Below are positions 52,191 to 64,000 of a stretch of 64,000 nt of DNA, piece after piece. How positions within the stretch are numbered: the stretch's first letter is position 1; each line of letters starts with the position of its first letter. Location of the stretch: positions 3,403,795 to 3,467,794 of the forward strand of contig NC_081400.1 in assembly GCF_030684315.1 (NCBI RefSeq), written 5' to 3'. The notes below the pieces were generated by a model. That model made no database searches, was not told the DNA's origin, and saw only the letters and a program-made list of their open reading frames with translations. This DNA is from Stegostoma tigrinum (lineage: Eukaryota). The position numbers were made by a program, and so were the translations under genes.

Positions 52191-55100
52191 CCTTGAAAGT
52201 CTCATTTTACAATTCACTCAAATGAAGACAGTAATATTTATAACTTAGTTTAGATTTTCAACTAACTTCCAAAATCTAATAAGGAAAGTCGACATGGAAG
52301 AGACAAATTTTCATGCCGGACACACAGCCTAAAACTCTGATCACTCCCTGAAAGATTGACAATCTCTTGCGCTCTTTCCCAAATGTCATGTAGCATCTGA
52401 CATCTGCATGAGCACTAGGGCTTTTGCAGATTTGCCTCAAACAATTGATAGGTATTCGCCCCTTTGCCGGCCAATTAAATTTAGCTCCCAGGCGTGGCTT
52501 CAGGTGAACCAATCCTTGTTTCGTCTGTTTTCCTTTCCTTACAAACTGCTACCCACAATCCAACAGTCATCTTTAGCTCAAGCTTCCCGGCGCCAAACAA
52601 AATTGGGAAAATATTAAAGACTAAAGAGTCGAAAGGTGATCAAGGATTCTCACAGGTTCAGACTCGTTTCATGCTCCTTCAGTGGATTTGTGTCCTGTTG
52701 ACACTTTTGACTTCTCTTTAAGCAAACACTATTGCCAGGACTGATACTGAGATATATTCCACACTGTCACTCCCACCATATGATAATTTGTGAGGCTAAA
52801 TTTGAATTAGAAAGAGGGATGACACCACTGTTGCTCTCTGGTCCCATCTGGATTCATCCTTGTGTCCATTTGACAAAGTCACGCAGCTTGCACTGATAGA
52901 CTCTGTGCGGAACGGGAAAGGTGACACACCATCTTGCAATGTGGAAGAACCAAGAGCAATCAGGCGTAACTGCTGCCAAATGCAATGTGCTGCTCTTAAT
53001 GACTGGTGGGTTGCATCAAACAGTGCATCTCTTTTTGTTTAATCAATGGGCACCATCCTGAACCAACTCAATAAATGTGGGCAAAACACAGAATAGACGG
53101 CGATGAGATTCCACAGATGAAAGGAACTGGTTTAACAATCCCAACTGAATTATGAATTACACTGCCAGACAATTTAGGATTATCATTCGGGTTTGGAAAG
53201 TAGCTTCCTGATGCATGCTGGCTCCACACATGTGCGGAGGAGAGAAACTGGCCTTTTGAAGCCAAAACAAACATCCCTGTTTACTCTTGAAAGAGCATCT
53301 ACTGCATCGAATTCATTCCTCACAGAGTGGCAGGAGCGAATGATCATGTCAATATTTAGGCATTGGATCTTGTTGTAATCATGGGGAAGAATGGGCTGTT
53401 TCATAGGAGTAAGTGCATTTTCTTTGGCAATGCCTCAGCCAGGCAGTGCTGACAGATATCCAATCGTTGCCCTTTACTACTGTGTTACAAATTGTTGCCC
53501 CCTCTGAAATGTAGTATTATTGTATCTTGTCCTGATAAATAATGTGCAAGATGAAAGTGATTGACAACGTGAGTTTATGTGGGATACAAAACATTGAAAG
53601 CGACCATTCAGCCCAGATGAGACCACTCAAGTGAGGATGCTTCGATCATTGTGTGTGAGGGGCAGAATAAGACTGGAACAGGGAATGTTCCACATACTAC
53701 ACTGACACAAATGAATAAAAGGGGCCTATATGAGCACCATGTCCTCTCCTCTGACCTGAAGAACATGAGAGGAGTGGAAAGGGAATATGTTGAGGGTGAG
53801 GACCAGCTAGGCCCAGCAGAAGAAGGTAGTGGTAGTTGGTAACAGCCCAGGCATTTGCTTAGGAAGGACCAGAGAGCTTTAAGAACATTGTGGTGGTGTT
53901 TAGACGTGTAATGTGATTGTATACCCATTGTAACGAGGAGGTGGCTGAAGCCTGCATATTGGAAAGTTTAAAACTGGCACAAAGTGTCAGAGGAATCACG
54001 GATATACGTGGGCAGGGGATGGACCAGGGTAGACAAGCCTCAGTCAAGGTGGGAAGAGATGATATCTGTGATGCAGGAGCGTGCTGAAACAATGGACCTG
54101 CCCGGAAAGTTCTGTTTCTGCATTTTTGGAAGAGTGTGGAAGCGAGTGATGCAGGGCTGGTGGACTATTAGCTTGGAGGGAGTGTGGGGGACGGAAGGAG
54201 GGAGAGAGATCACCGTATGAAAGGAGGCCAGTTTCCATAGATGAAACAATGGCTTGATGTGTCAGGGTGGGTCATGGTCCAATGGAAGATACGAGGCTGT
54301 ATCAGAAAGCCGACATTGAGACTTTAAAATGTAGATGTCCGTATGCCAGATTAAAACAGCACCATCCCTATCTGCAGGCCTAATTACAAAAAAGTCAGGG
54401 ATCTAAGCATGTGCAGTGCAGTTAGTTTGGAGGGGAATCTGTTGGATTTGGTGACAGAAGCAGAGAAATTGAGGCATCCAATGTCACATCGACAGTTCTC
54501 AATGAACAGTTCGAGGCTGGATAAACGTCCATAGATTGGGGTCCAGGTGGAGGGAGAATGATTGAATTGGGTAAGGGGGTCTTTGGGATGGAAAGAAGAC
54601 TCCGGTACAAAGAAATGGGAATGGAGGTAAATATCTTGGAAGAAAAGCTCGATATTATGCCTTGCCTGCAATATGTTACAGAGGGGTTGCTGAGTAATAA
54701 ATCTGCAAGTTTTGTGAAAGATATAACGTTCAGAATCAGAGAACAGAAGTCCAGGTCGAATGGTGAATACTGAACAGACAGTGGGGTTGTTGGAGGGGAT
54801 TGAGTCAAAGGAAAGGAGAGTTCAGGAAGATTACAGAGGGCCATGGGTCACCGTGATTTTTTGCACCTTGTGGGCCTTGCTGCCTGAAAGGGAAAGAAAA
54901 CATTAGGTGTGAACGTGACAAATTAGATTTCTGATGGACTGGAACTGCAGTGTGATGCAACCCTGAGCCATTTTATTGTGATGCTGCTGGAGAGAAATGT
55001 CAAGAATATGCAAGGGACGCCGCAGGGAGTTGAGACTGGATGTCCGGATGTGGCAAGAGCAGCTCTCAGTGGAACGTTGAACGTCACAGAGAGATCTGTG

Positions 55101-56177
55101 ATTCCTGGAGGATTCAAAGCATGAGGAGGGAAACTTTCACTGGAATCCACATGGGTGGCGTCTGAGTCAGAGGCAGTCACTGGGGAATGTGATATTGCTG
55201 TGAAAATGAGTTTTAGAAAATACTTGTTAAACAGGGAGAATGACAGTCGAATTAGCATCAGTGGACAAGAAGAAAGATTGGAACACAACTTTCATCAGAG
55301 AGAAGAGCAGAACTTCTTCAAGGTGGGATTGCCTGGAAGAGATGAGGCAGGGAGCAAAATAAGGAATAAAGATTGAAAGAACTGTGGATGTTGTAAATAA
55401 AGAACAAAAAAAGAAGTTTCTGGAAAACCTCAGCAGTTCTGGTAGCAACTGTGAAGGGAAAAAACACAATTCATGCTTTGGGATCAATGACCCTTCCTCA
55501 GATCTGATGGGAGCTAGCAATGTGTCTGTTTATAGGCATATGATAGGGAGTGGAATGGGTCAGGAGGCAATGTCAAGATCAAGGATGTAGCCCAAAGAGA
55601 GAGAAGAGCAGTTGGATAGACAAAGGATGAGAGGCGATCTGGCTTCGAGGGTCAATAGCTAATAATTGGGACTGGAAACCTCAGAATTCCCCTAGACCAT
55701 TGTTGACAGGGACATGAACTGGATCCAAACCCTTCTCCTGCACGGTTGCCCTGAACACATCTCTTTGGTCCATCGGCAGCGATAGTGATCCCCTCGTCTG
55801 GACCTACTATCCCATCAGTATCGACATCCAGAAAATTAACAGATGCCATTTCCACCAGTTCCAGCGAGACGCCACTCCCAGGCATATATTCCCCTCCTCT
55901 CCCGTGTCTGCCTTCCGCAGGGACCATTCACGCTGCACACCCTGGTCCAGTCTTCTTTCACACGCAACAATCCCCCAGAGCACCAAGGCATCTCCACTTG
56001 CAACTAACAAAGGTGTAACATCTACCCAATAACTCCTCCTTCCTCACTTTCCAAGGGAACAAATAGAACTTCCAGGTGAAGCAGCACATTACACATATTT
56101 CCCTTAAGCCAATGTACTGCATTCACCTCTCACATTGTGGTCTCCTCCACATTGCTGAAACGAAGCACACACTGACT

Positions 56178-56350
56178 CCCCCTCTCTCTCTATTTATTCC
56201 AGAACCCTCACCCCATCCCCCTCTCTGATGAAGGGTCTAGGCCCGAAACGTCAGCTTTTGTGCTCCTGAGATGCTGCTGGGCCTGCTGTGTCCATCCAGC
56301 CTCACATTTATCTTGGATTCTCCAGCATCTGCAGTTCCCATTATCACTCA
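56178..56350 (+). mobile_element. Solo PLE terminal repeat with hammerhead motif, ~12-bp imperfect TSD
   Basis: CTGATGA...GAAACGTC at 56225-56252. Flanks CACACACTGACT and CACATACTGACT. Empty site near 23966. Confidence 0.85.
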
Positions 56351-57365
56351 CACATACTGACTGACTGCTGGCAGAACATCTCCATTCTGATAGCAACAAA
56401 AGACCATGAGCTTCCAGTTTCCTGCCACTGTCACACAGCAACTTGTTTCCTCGCTAACACCTCTGCCTCAGTCTTGCTGCAGTTTTCCATTGAAGCTCAG
56501 CACAAGCTGGAAGAACAATACCTCATTTTCCACTTGGGCATTCTGCAGCCCTCCCGATTCAATACCGAGTTCAGTAATGTTAAGTCCAAAACTCCCCCAT
56601 GTCCTAGACCCCGAAATCGTACACCAGGCCTTGTTATCATATAATCTGCCATTACACGCTTCTTATCTTTAGTCACGAACATTCCCCATGAACAGGTATT
56701 CGTTCTTGTTGCCAGATCATTACAAACTCCTTCATCTATCCAATTGCTGCACTCTCTCTTTAGACTCTAACCTTTATGGAATCATTTATCCCGTGCCCCA
56801 TGCGGAGGCAACGGCCCTGTGTTTATATCACTGACCTGGACATCGATCGAACAAGTCACTGTCCAGCGTTTGCATCCCTCCATGGCACCTGAATTCAATG
56901 ATCGGAAAATGTGGAATTGGGGAAACTGGTGGAAAGCATGGACCTTTTGTTGATTTTCAGGAAAACCCCATCTGGCTCAGTAATGCCCTTGTGGAAAGGC
57001 AGCTGCTATCCATACCCGGTCTGGTCTGAATGTAACTCCAGGCCCACAGCAATGTGGCTGACTGTCAATTGCCCTCCTTGGGCATAAATCCTGCCGAAAA
57101 GCATCGTCCTCTGAACGTGAATGAGTACAGGGAAAATAAAATCCCCCTGCCTGTCTTCGACACATAAATCGAGATGTTCCTAGCTGCCATCAATTCTGAG
57201 GAAGGGTCAACAGACCAGAAACGTTAACTCTGATGTTTTATTTGACAGATGCTGCCAGACCTGCTGAGCTAATACACAGCTTCTGTTTTTGTTCCTAATT
57301 AACAACATCCACCGTACTTACGGTGTTTATTCAGAATAAAGCAACTCGTTGCCTGTAAAACAAGT

Positions 57366-60300
57366 GGGGACATGCTGAGTTTGTGAAAGGTGCTATGCCA
57401 ATACAATCTCGCTGACTTGTTCTGACGGAACCATCTGCAACTCATCAGGCGTGACATCATGAAGGACTGAAAGTGGAATTGAAAGTCAGAGTTGGACCCG
57501 ATAAGGCAATTTTGCTGACAGCGTCTGATCAACCCTGCTTTCAGGAGTTATTCATCTTCGTTAATCCATAATGAAGATATAGAGGGAGATTTGCGGGAAT
57601 TTGCTCAGGGATGAAGGTCTTCAGTTAAAATTTTGCCCGCCTCCACCTTGTTCGTCAAACCCTTTAAGTTCATAATGTTTGAAATTTCAATCTCCATCCA
57701 GATACACATCTGATTGATGTGTCCTTTAGCAAGAGGCTAATAGTTCTCAGAACAGAACAACACATACAATTTCGTTGAAGATTTTTCAGGGTTTTTAAAG
57801 GCACTTTCCATCAATCAGAGACTTCTTTAAGAATGGAGGAATGTATCGAGATGGGTACAGTAACAGGGGCTGAAGGAGGTGAAAGAGATAGTGAGGGATG
57901 CAGCAGCTGGAGGAGGTTACAGAGATAGGCAGCGTCGTATGTGCTGGAGGTAACAGCTTGGGGAGTTTGGAGAGGCTGTAGAAGGTTGCAGACGTGTAAG
58001 TAGCGTCGAGTCGACATGAGGTAACAGAGATAGGGAGGGATGCAGGAGCTAGAGTATGTTACAGAGATAGTGCAGAGATTCGGGACTGTAGGAAGGACAG
58101 AGTTAGAGTTATGGGTGTCTGTAGCCCCGAAGCAGACCCTTTGATCAAACGTATCCAGATCCGTTAAATTTATCTCAACCCGTTTGCCAGCAGTTGACCC
58201 CTATCCCTCAAAAGCCTTCTGATTCATGGACCCATTCAAATACCTTTTAAGAATAATAATTGTACCGTTCTCTGCCTCTTTCTTTGGCAGCTCATTCCAC
58301 AGAAGCACCACCATCTGTGTGAAAAAATTGACTCTCAGGCCCCTTTTAAAACTTCCACTCTGACGTTAAATGTATCCCCTACTCTGTGAAAGAAAGACCT
58401 TTTACTATTCATCCTGTCCATGCCTCCTATGATTTTATATACTTCTATTAGGTCACTTCTCAGCTTGCAACATGACAGGAAGGAAAGCCCGAGCCCATTC
58501 AGCTTCTCCAGACAGCTGAAACCCTCAAAGCCGAACAACATCCTGGTGAAAATTTTCTGAACCCTTTCGAACAGAACAACATATTTCCCACGGCAGGTAA
58601 AACAAAACTGAAGATAACAAAGTGTGAAGATGGATGAACACAGCAGGTCAAGCAGCATCTCAGGAGCACAAAAGCTGACGTTTTGGGCCTAGACCCTTCA
58701 TCAGAGAGGGGGATGGGGAGAGAGTTCTGGAATAAATAGGGAGAGAGGGGGAGGCGGAGAGACAAGAAGATAGGTGGAGAGGGAGTATATAGGTGGGGAG
58801 GTAGGGAGGGGATAGGTCAGTCCAGGGAAGACGGACAGGTCAAGGAGGTGGGATGAGGTTACTAGGTAGGAAATGGAGGTGCGGCTTGAGGTGGGAGGAA
58901 GGGATGGGTGAGAGGAAGAACAGGTTAGGGAGGCGGAGACAGGCAGCGCTGGGTTTGGGATGCAGTCGGGGGAGGGAACGAACTGGGCTGGTTTTGGGAT
59001 GCGGTGGGGGAAGGGGAGATTTTGAAGTTTGTGAAGTCCACATTGATACCATTGGGCTGCAGGGTTCCCAAGCGGAATATGAGTTGCTGTTTCTGCAACT
59101 TTCGGGTGGCATCATTTTGGCACTGCAGGGGGCCCATGATGGACATGTCGTCTGAGGAATGGGAGCGGGAGTTAAAATGGTTCGCGACTGGGATGTGCAG
59201 TTGTTTACTGTGAACCGAGTGGAGGTGTTCTGCGAAGTGACCCCCAAGCCTCCGCTTGGATTCCCCAATGTAGAGGAAGCCACACTGGGTACAATGGATA
59301 CAGTACACCACATTGGCAGATGTGCAGGTGATCATCTGCTTCATATGGAAAGTCATTTTGGGGCCTGGCATGGGCGTGAGGGACTCGGTGTGGGGGCAAC
59401 TGTAGCACTTCCTGCGGTTGCAGGGAAAAGTGCCGACTGTGGTGGGGTTGGAGCGGCGTGTGGAGCGAACAAGGGAGTCACGAAGAGAGTGGTCTCTGCG
59501 GAAGGCAGACAAGGGTGGGGATGGAAACATGTTTTGGGTGGTGGGGTCGGATTGTAGACGGCGGAAGTGTCGGAGGATGATGCATTGTATCCGGAGGTTG
59601 GTGGGGTGGTAGGTGAGAACGAGGGGGATCCTCTTGGGGCGTTTGTGGCGGGGTGTGAGGGATGTGTTGCAGAAAGTGCAGGAGATGCGGTCAAGAGCAT
59701 TCTCGACCACTGCGGGGGGAACATTGCGGCCCTTGGAGAACGTGGGCGTCTGGGATATGCGGGAGTGGAATGCCTCATCCTGGGAGCAGATGCGGCGGAG
59801 GCGAGGACTTTGAATAGGGGATGGAATTTTTGCAGGAGGGTGGGTGGGAGGAGGTGTATTCTAGGTAGCTGTGGGAGTCAGTGGGCTTGAAATAGACATC
59901 GGTTTCGAGCTGGTTACCTGAGATGGAGACTGAGAGGCCCAGGAAGGTGAGGGACGTGTTGGAGATGGCCCAGGTGAACTTGAGGGAGTTCCCATCATGA
60001 CAAAACAAAACTGAATGCAGTTTTCTGAAAATGACCCAACCGATATCCTGTAAAGATGCAAAATGACATCCGAGCTCTTGTATTCAATGCAGTGATCAGT
60101 GAAGACAAGCGTGCCCAGGTCATTCTGCACCATATTGTTTACCTGTGCGTCCACTTTCAAGGAAGTATGCACATGAGCATGTGCAACAACGTCATTTTAT
60201 TTGTTAACAGTGCCCAAGGCATCCCATTAACTCTGTATATATGGTGCCCTGACTTTACTTGCCCAAATGTAATGCCTTATCGAGGTGTTAAGGCAGAAAA

Positions 60301-63300
60301 ATGTTCCAGTGGCAGAGACACTTTTAGGGGTTGGAGTATGTGACAGAAATAAGAAGTTGTGACAGGTGCTGATGATGGTTAAATTGATAGGGAGGGAGAG
60401 TAGGTTCGAGAGTAGGTGACAGGAATAAGGATTGGCGTGGAGGCTGGAGTATTTGAGCGAAATAAGGAGATGTATCGGGTTCGAGGAGTTATACAAAAAG
60501 GGAGGTGTGTAAGATCTGGCAGAGTTGACAGAAATGGTGGGAGTGTAGTGGCTAGACAAGTTTACAGAGATAAGCAGAGGTTTAGAGGCTGGAGAGAGTT
60601 ACAGAGAGAGGGAGTGTTGCAGTGTTGGAGAGATTTACAGTGGGATGAAAGGTAGAGAAGATTACAGAAATAGGGAGACTTTTGGGGCTGGTGGGTCTGA
60701 CAAAATTTGGTAGGGGTGCAGGTTTTCGAGGGGTTTACAGAGATTGGGAAGCTTACAGATAAGGCCCATGAACCTCACACATGAAGTTGCACGTGGGATT
60801 GGTATTTTATGGCCATTGCAGAAGCATGGTTAAGGAAAGGACAGGATAGCAGCTTAATGCATTGGGGTATATGTATTTTCACTGGGATGGGCGTGAAGGT
60901 TATAAGGGAAGGCGAGTTGCATATTTGATTAAGAGGCATATCACAGCCGTAGTCCAAGATGAAATAACTGAGGGATCTTCTCAGTGAATGTTTGTGGGTA
61001 GAACAAAGAAATAAGAGGGAATGGTGACCTTATTGCTCTTGTCCTAGAGGCCTCAAATACTGAATGGGACTTAGAGGAACGGAAATGCAGGGCAATTGGG
61101 CAGTCTTGCAGGAGCAATAAGGTTGTCATAGTGGGGGATTTTAATTTTTCTAATGTAAACCCGGGCTGCCTTGGATTGGGTAGAATTTCTTATGTGTTTT
61201 CAGGTAAGTTGTTATCAAGCAGTATGTCGATTTCCTGATTGGGAAGAGGGAATCTCGAACAACTTTTGGGAAACAGGGCTGGTCAGGTGGCTGAGGTGGT
61301 AGTGGGGGATCACTTTGAGGCCAGAGACTAAAGATCTATTAATCTTAATATAGTTATGGAGAAGGACAAAACTGGTCCACAGGTTCAAGATCTAAATCTG
61401 TGCTTGGCGAATTTTCGTAGGAGTAGTTTGCTTGCAGGGAAAGGACCACTGGCAAGTGAGATTTCTTTAGAAGTGTAGTATCTAGCGATCAAGTTCAATA
61501 AGTTCCTGTGAGGGGGAAAAGCATGGTTGCCGAGAGCAGGGAATCCTGGATGACAAGAAACATTGAGACTTTCACCTGAAAATAGATGGAAGCATGGTTC
61601 AGTTACAGGCAGCTGGGATCAATGGAATACCTGAAGGAACAGAGAAGATACAAGAGATTACGGAGGAAGGAAATTAGAAGTGCGAAAAGTGGCATGGGAG
61701 GGCTTTGGCTGGTAAAATTAAGGTGTACGAATGGAAATTCTTTAAGTGTGCTAAGTGAATAAAAGAATAACTGGAGAGGAATATAACATTACAAGGACCA
61801 AAGTTGAATTATATGTGTGGAACCACAGGAAATGGTTGTGGTCCTAAATGAATATTTATCCTCTGTGTTTACTGTGGATAACAACATGAAGGCTTGGGTA
61901 CTTGGGGAAGTTAGTGGTGATATCTTGAGGACAGTCTATGTCACAGTAGAAGAGGTGTGGGAGTATAAGAATATGAAGGTGGATCAATCTCCTGGTCCTG
62001 ATCAGATATTTCCAACAACCCCGCAGGAAGTTCGAATAGAAATTGCAGGGGCCCTGGCTGACATATTTGCAGCATTCTCAGCCACGGGTACAGTTTCAAA
62101 ATGCAGGCTGGTAGCAAATGGTTTGCCCTTATTCAGGGAGCGCTGCAGAGAAAAATCCTGGGAATCATATACCAGCAAGTTTGAAATCTGTGGTAGGGAA
62201 TTTCCTTGAGAAGATTCTGGAGGATAAAATGTACATACGTTTGGAAACTTAGCGTTTGATTCGAACTGGTCAGAATGGCTTTGTGGTTGGCAGATCATGC
62301 CTCACAAACTTGTTCGAGTTCTTTGATGAAGTGATCAAGAAGGTTGATAAAGGCATGTCGGTCGTCGTACTCAAGATCAGTTTCAGTGGGGGTTTTGATA
62401 AGATGCCACACAGCAAGATGCTCTGGAAGTTTAATATTGCATGCAATCCAGTGAGAGCTCGCAAATTGGACACACGCTTGGCTATTGATAGGAAGCAGAG
62501 ACTAATACTGGAAGGATGCATGTCAGACTGGAGAACTGTGAGTTATCCTGTTCCTCAGGGATCGGTGCTGAGCCATTGCTTTTGTTACGTGTATCAAAGT
62601 GTGTATGAGAATGTTTAAGGTATGATTGTTAAGGTTGCATATGACACGAAAAAAGTGGATCCATGGACAGTGAGAAAAGTTATCCGAAATTGCAGCAGCA
62701 TCTTGTTCAGTTGTGGAAGTGCTCTGAGAAATAGTAAATGGAGTTAAACATCGATAAGTGTGAGATGTTGCATTTTGAAAAGTCAAATCAAGGAAGGAGT
62801 TTCATTCTGAATGGTAGGACCTTAAAAAGTGTAGTGGGAAACAGTGACCTTACAGCTCAAGTACAGTGATCTCTGAAAGTGGATTCACAGGTAGACAGGA
62901 AATCAAGAAGACTTTACACGGACTGGCCGACATCAATCAGGGCATTGAGTACAGAAGTTGAGAAGTTACGTTGCAATTGTTCAGGTCGCTGGTGAGTCTG
63001 CACTTGGAGTACTGTGTTAAGTTTTGGATCTATTTGCTATAGAAAGGATGTTATTAAACTGGAAACTGGCTGACGAAATTAGATGTTTGCTGCCAGGACT
63101 CAAGGGACTGACTTATAAGGAGAGGTTGGTCGAATTTTATTTTCATTCATAGGAGACTGAAAGAGTGTTGTATAGAAAAATTTCAGATCATCAGGTGCAT
63201 TGATAGGGTGAATACACTCAGCCTTTTCCACAGGGTTTGGAATGGAGGAAGGGATAAGCATGATTGAAGGGATGGTGTGTGTTACAGAGGTCCAGAGTGA

Positions 63301-64000
63301 TTTAGGAGCTGGAGAAGTTGACAGTGATTGGAAGGGGAGTAGGGTCTGGAGGAGGTGGTAGTGGAGAGTGAGTGGGCAGAGCTGGAGGCATTTACAGTGA
63401 TTGGGAGGCGTGTGTGATCTGGAAGAGGTGGCATAGACCACGTCTTGGAAGGTGTTGAAGGAAGTTATAGAGATAAGGAGTGGCCTAAGGGCTGGAGAAG
63501 GGTGCAGAGCTGGGGAGGTGAACAGCGATTGGAGGATGGCATGGATATTGAGTGATTTTTAGACCTGGGGGAGACCACAGTGATATGGAGATGTTTTGGT
63601 GTTTTAGGAGATAACAGAGATCGGGCTGGATATAAGGCCTTCAGGTGGTGACAGAGAGGAGAAGGGGATCGGGACTGGAGGAGATGTGAGAGATCAGAAG
63701 TGCATAGGGCCTAGCTGAAGAGAAGGCACGCAGAGTCTGGATGATTCAAAAATTTCGGCAGGGCTGTTGGATTTTTTTGAAGTTACAGAGGTGGTCAGAG
63801 GTGTAGGGCTGAGGTTGCCAACAGATTGAGGGACAGGCATGGGGACTGGAAATTGTGACACAGATAGGGAGGTTTGGAGGTACTGGATGAAGTATCAGAA
63901 ATAAGGAGGGCTGTGGGCGCTGGATTTTGCTTACAGAAATAGGAAGGGGTGTTGGGTCGGTTAAAAGACTGAATAGGGGCACCGTTTCATGCAGCGTCAC
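57366..64000 (+). repeat. Tandem segmental duplication unit C (partial)
   Basis: Homologous to the start of units A and B, through ~30760 of B. Confidence 0.95.
58613..60001 (-). mobile_element. 5'-truncated PLE (RT thumb plus GIY-YIG) with 14-bp TSD
   Basis: ORF 58925-59710 contains NVVYCIHCTQCGFLYIGESKRRL. RT thumb VYFKPTDSHSYLEYTSSHP. TSD AAAACAAAACTGAA at 58599-58612 and 60002-60015. Confidence 0.9.

Larger units (their letters stand above)
24980..57365 (+). repeat. Tandem segmental duplication unit B (IgL cluster 2)
   Basis: Collinear with unit A. Constant 28700-nt offset over ~6230-7860. Confidence 0.95.

Overview
Vertebrate genomic DNA, almost certainly from a cartilaginous fish (shark). 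The evidence is the Ig organisation and the CR1, Penelope and SINE content; an orectolobiform/bamboo-shark origin is only my guess. The window is a tandem segmental duplication: unit A ~695-24979, unit B ~24980-57365, and partial unit C 57366-end. A and B each carry one germline-split, cluster-type Ig light-chain minilocus on the + strand: octamer promoter, leader, V with 12-RSS, J with 23-RSS, and C. The C domain resembles shark type I/NS5/sigma-cart light chain. The rest is mostly CR1-like LINEs, Penelope-like elements (PLE) with hammerhead-ribozyme motifs, SINEs and low-complexity repeats. Main unexplained signals: (1) a co-oriented array of CTCF-like motifs between successive clusters, a candidate insulator keeping V-J joining within a cluster; (2) independent loss of the leader-V splice acceptor in both otherwise intact clusters, with a conserved in-frame intronic ATG; (3) a J-C intron built from repeats resembling recursive splice sites; (4) an unidentified multi-exon pseudogene co-duplicated with each cluster; (5) two different PLE insertions at the same paralogous site, one a near-perfect palindrome; (6) a double-hairpin rearrangement. 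All comparisons were made by eye; no searches were run.
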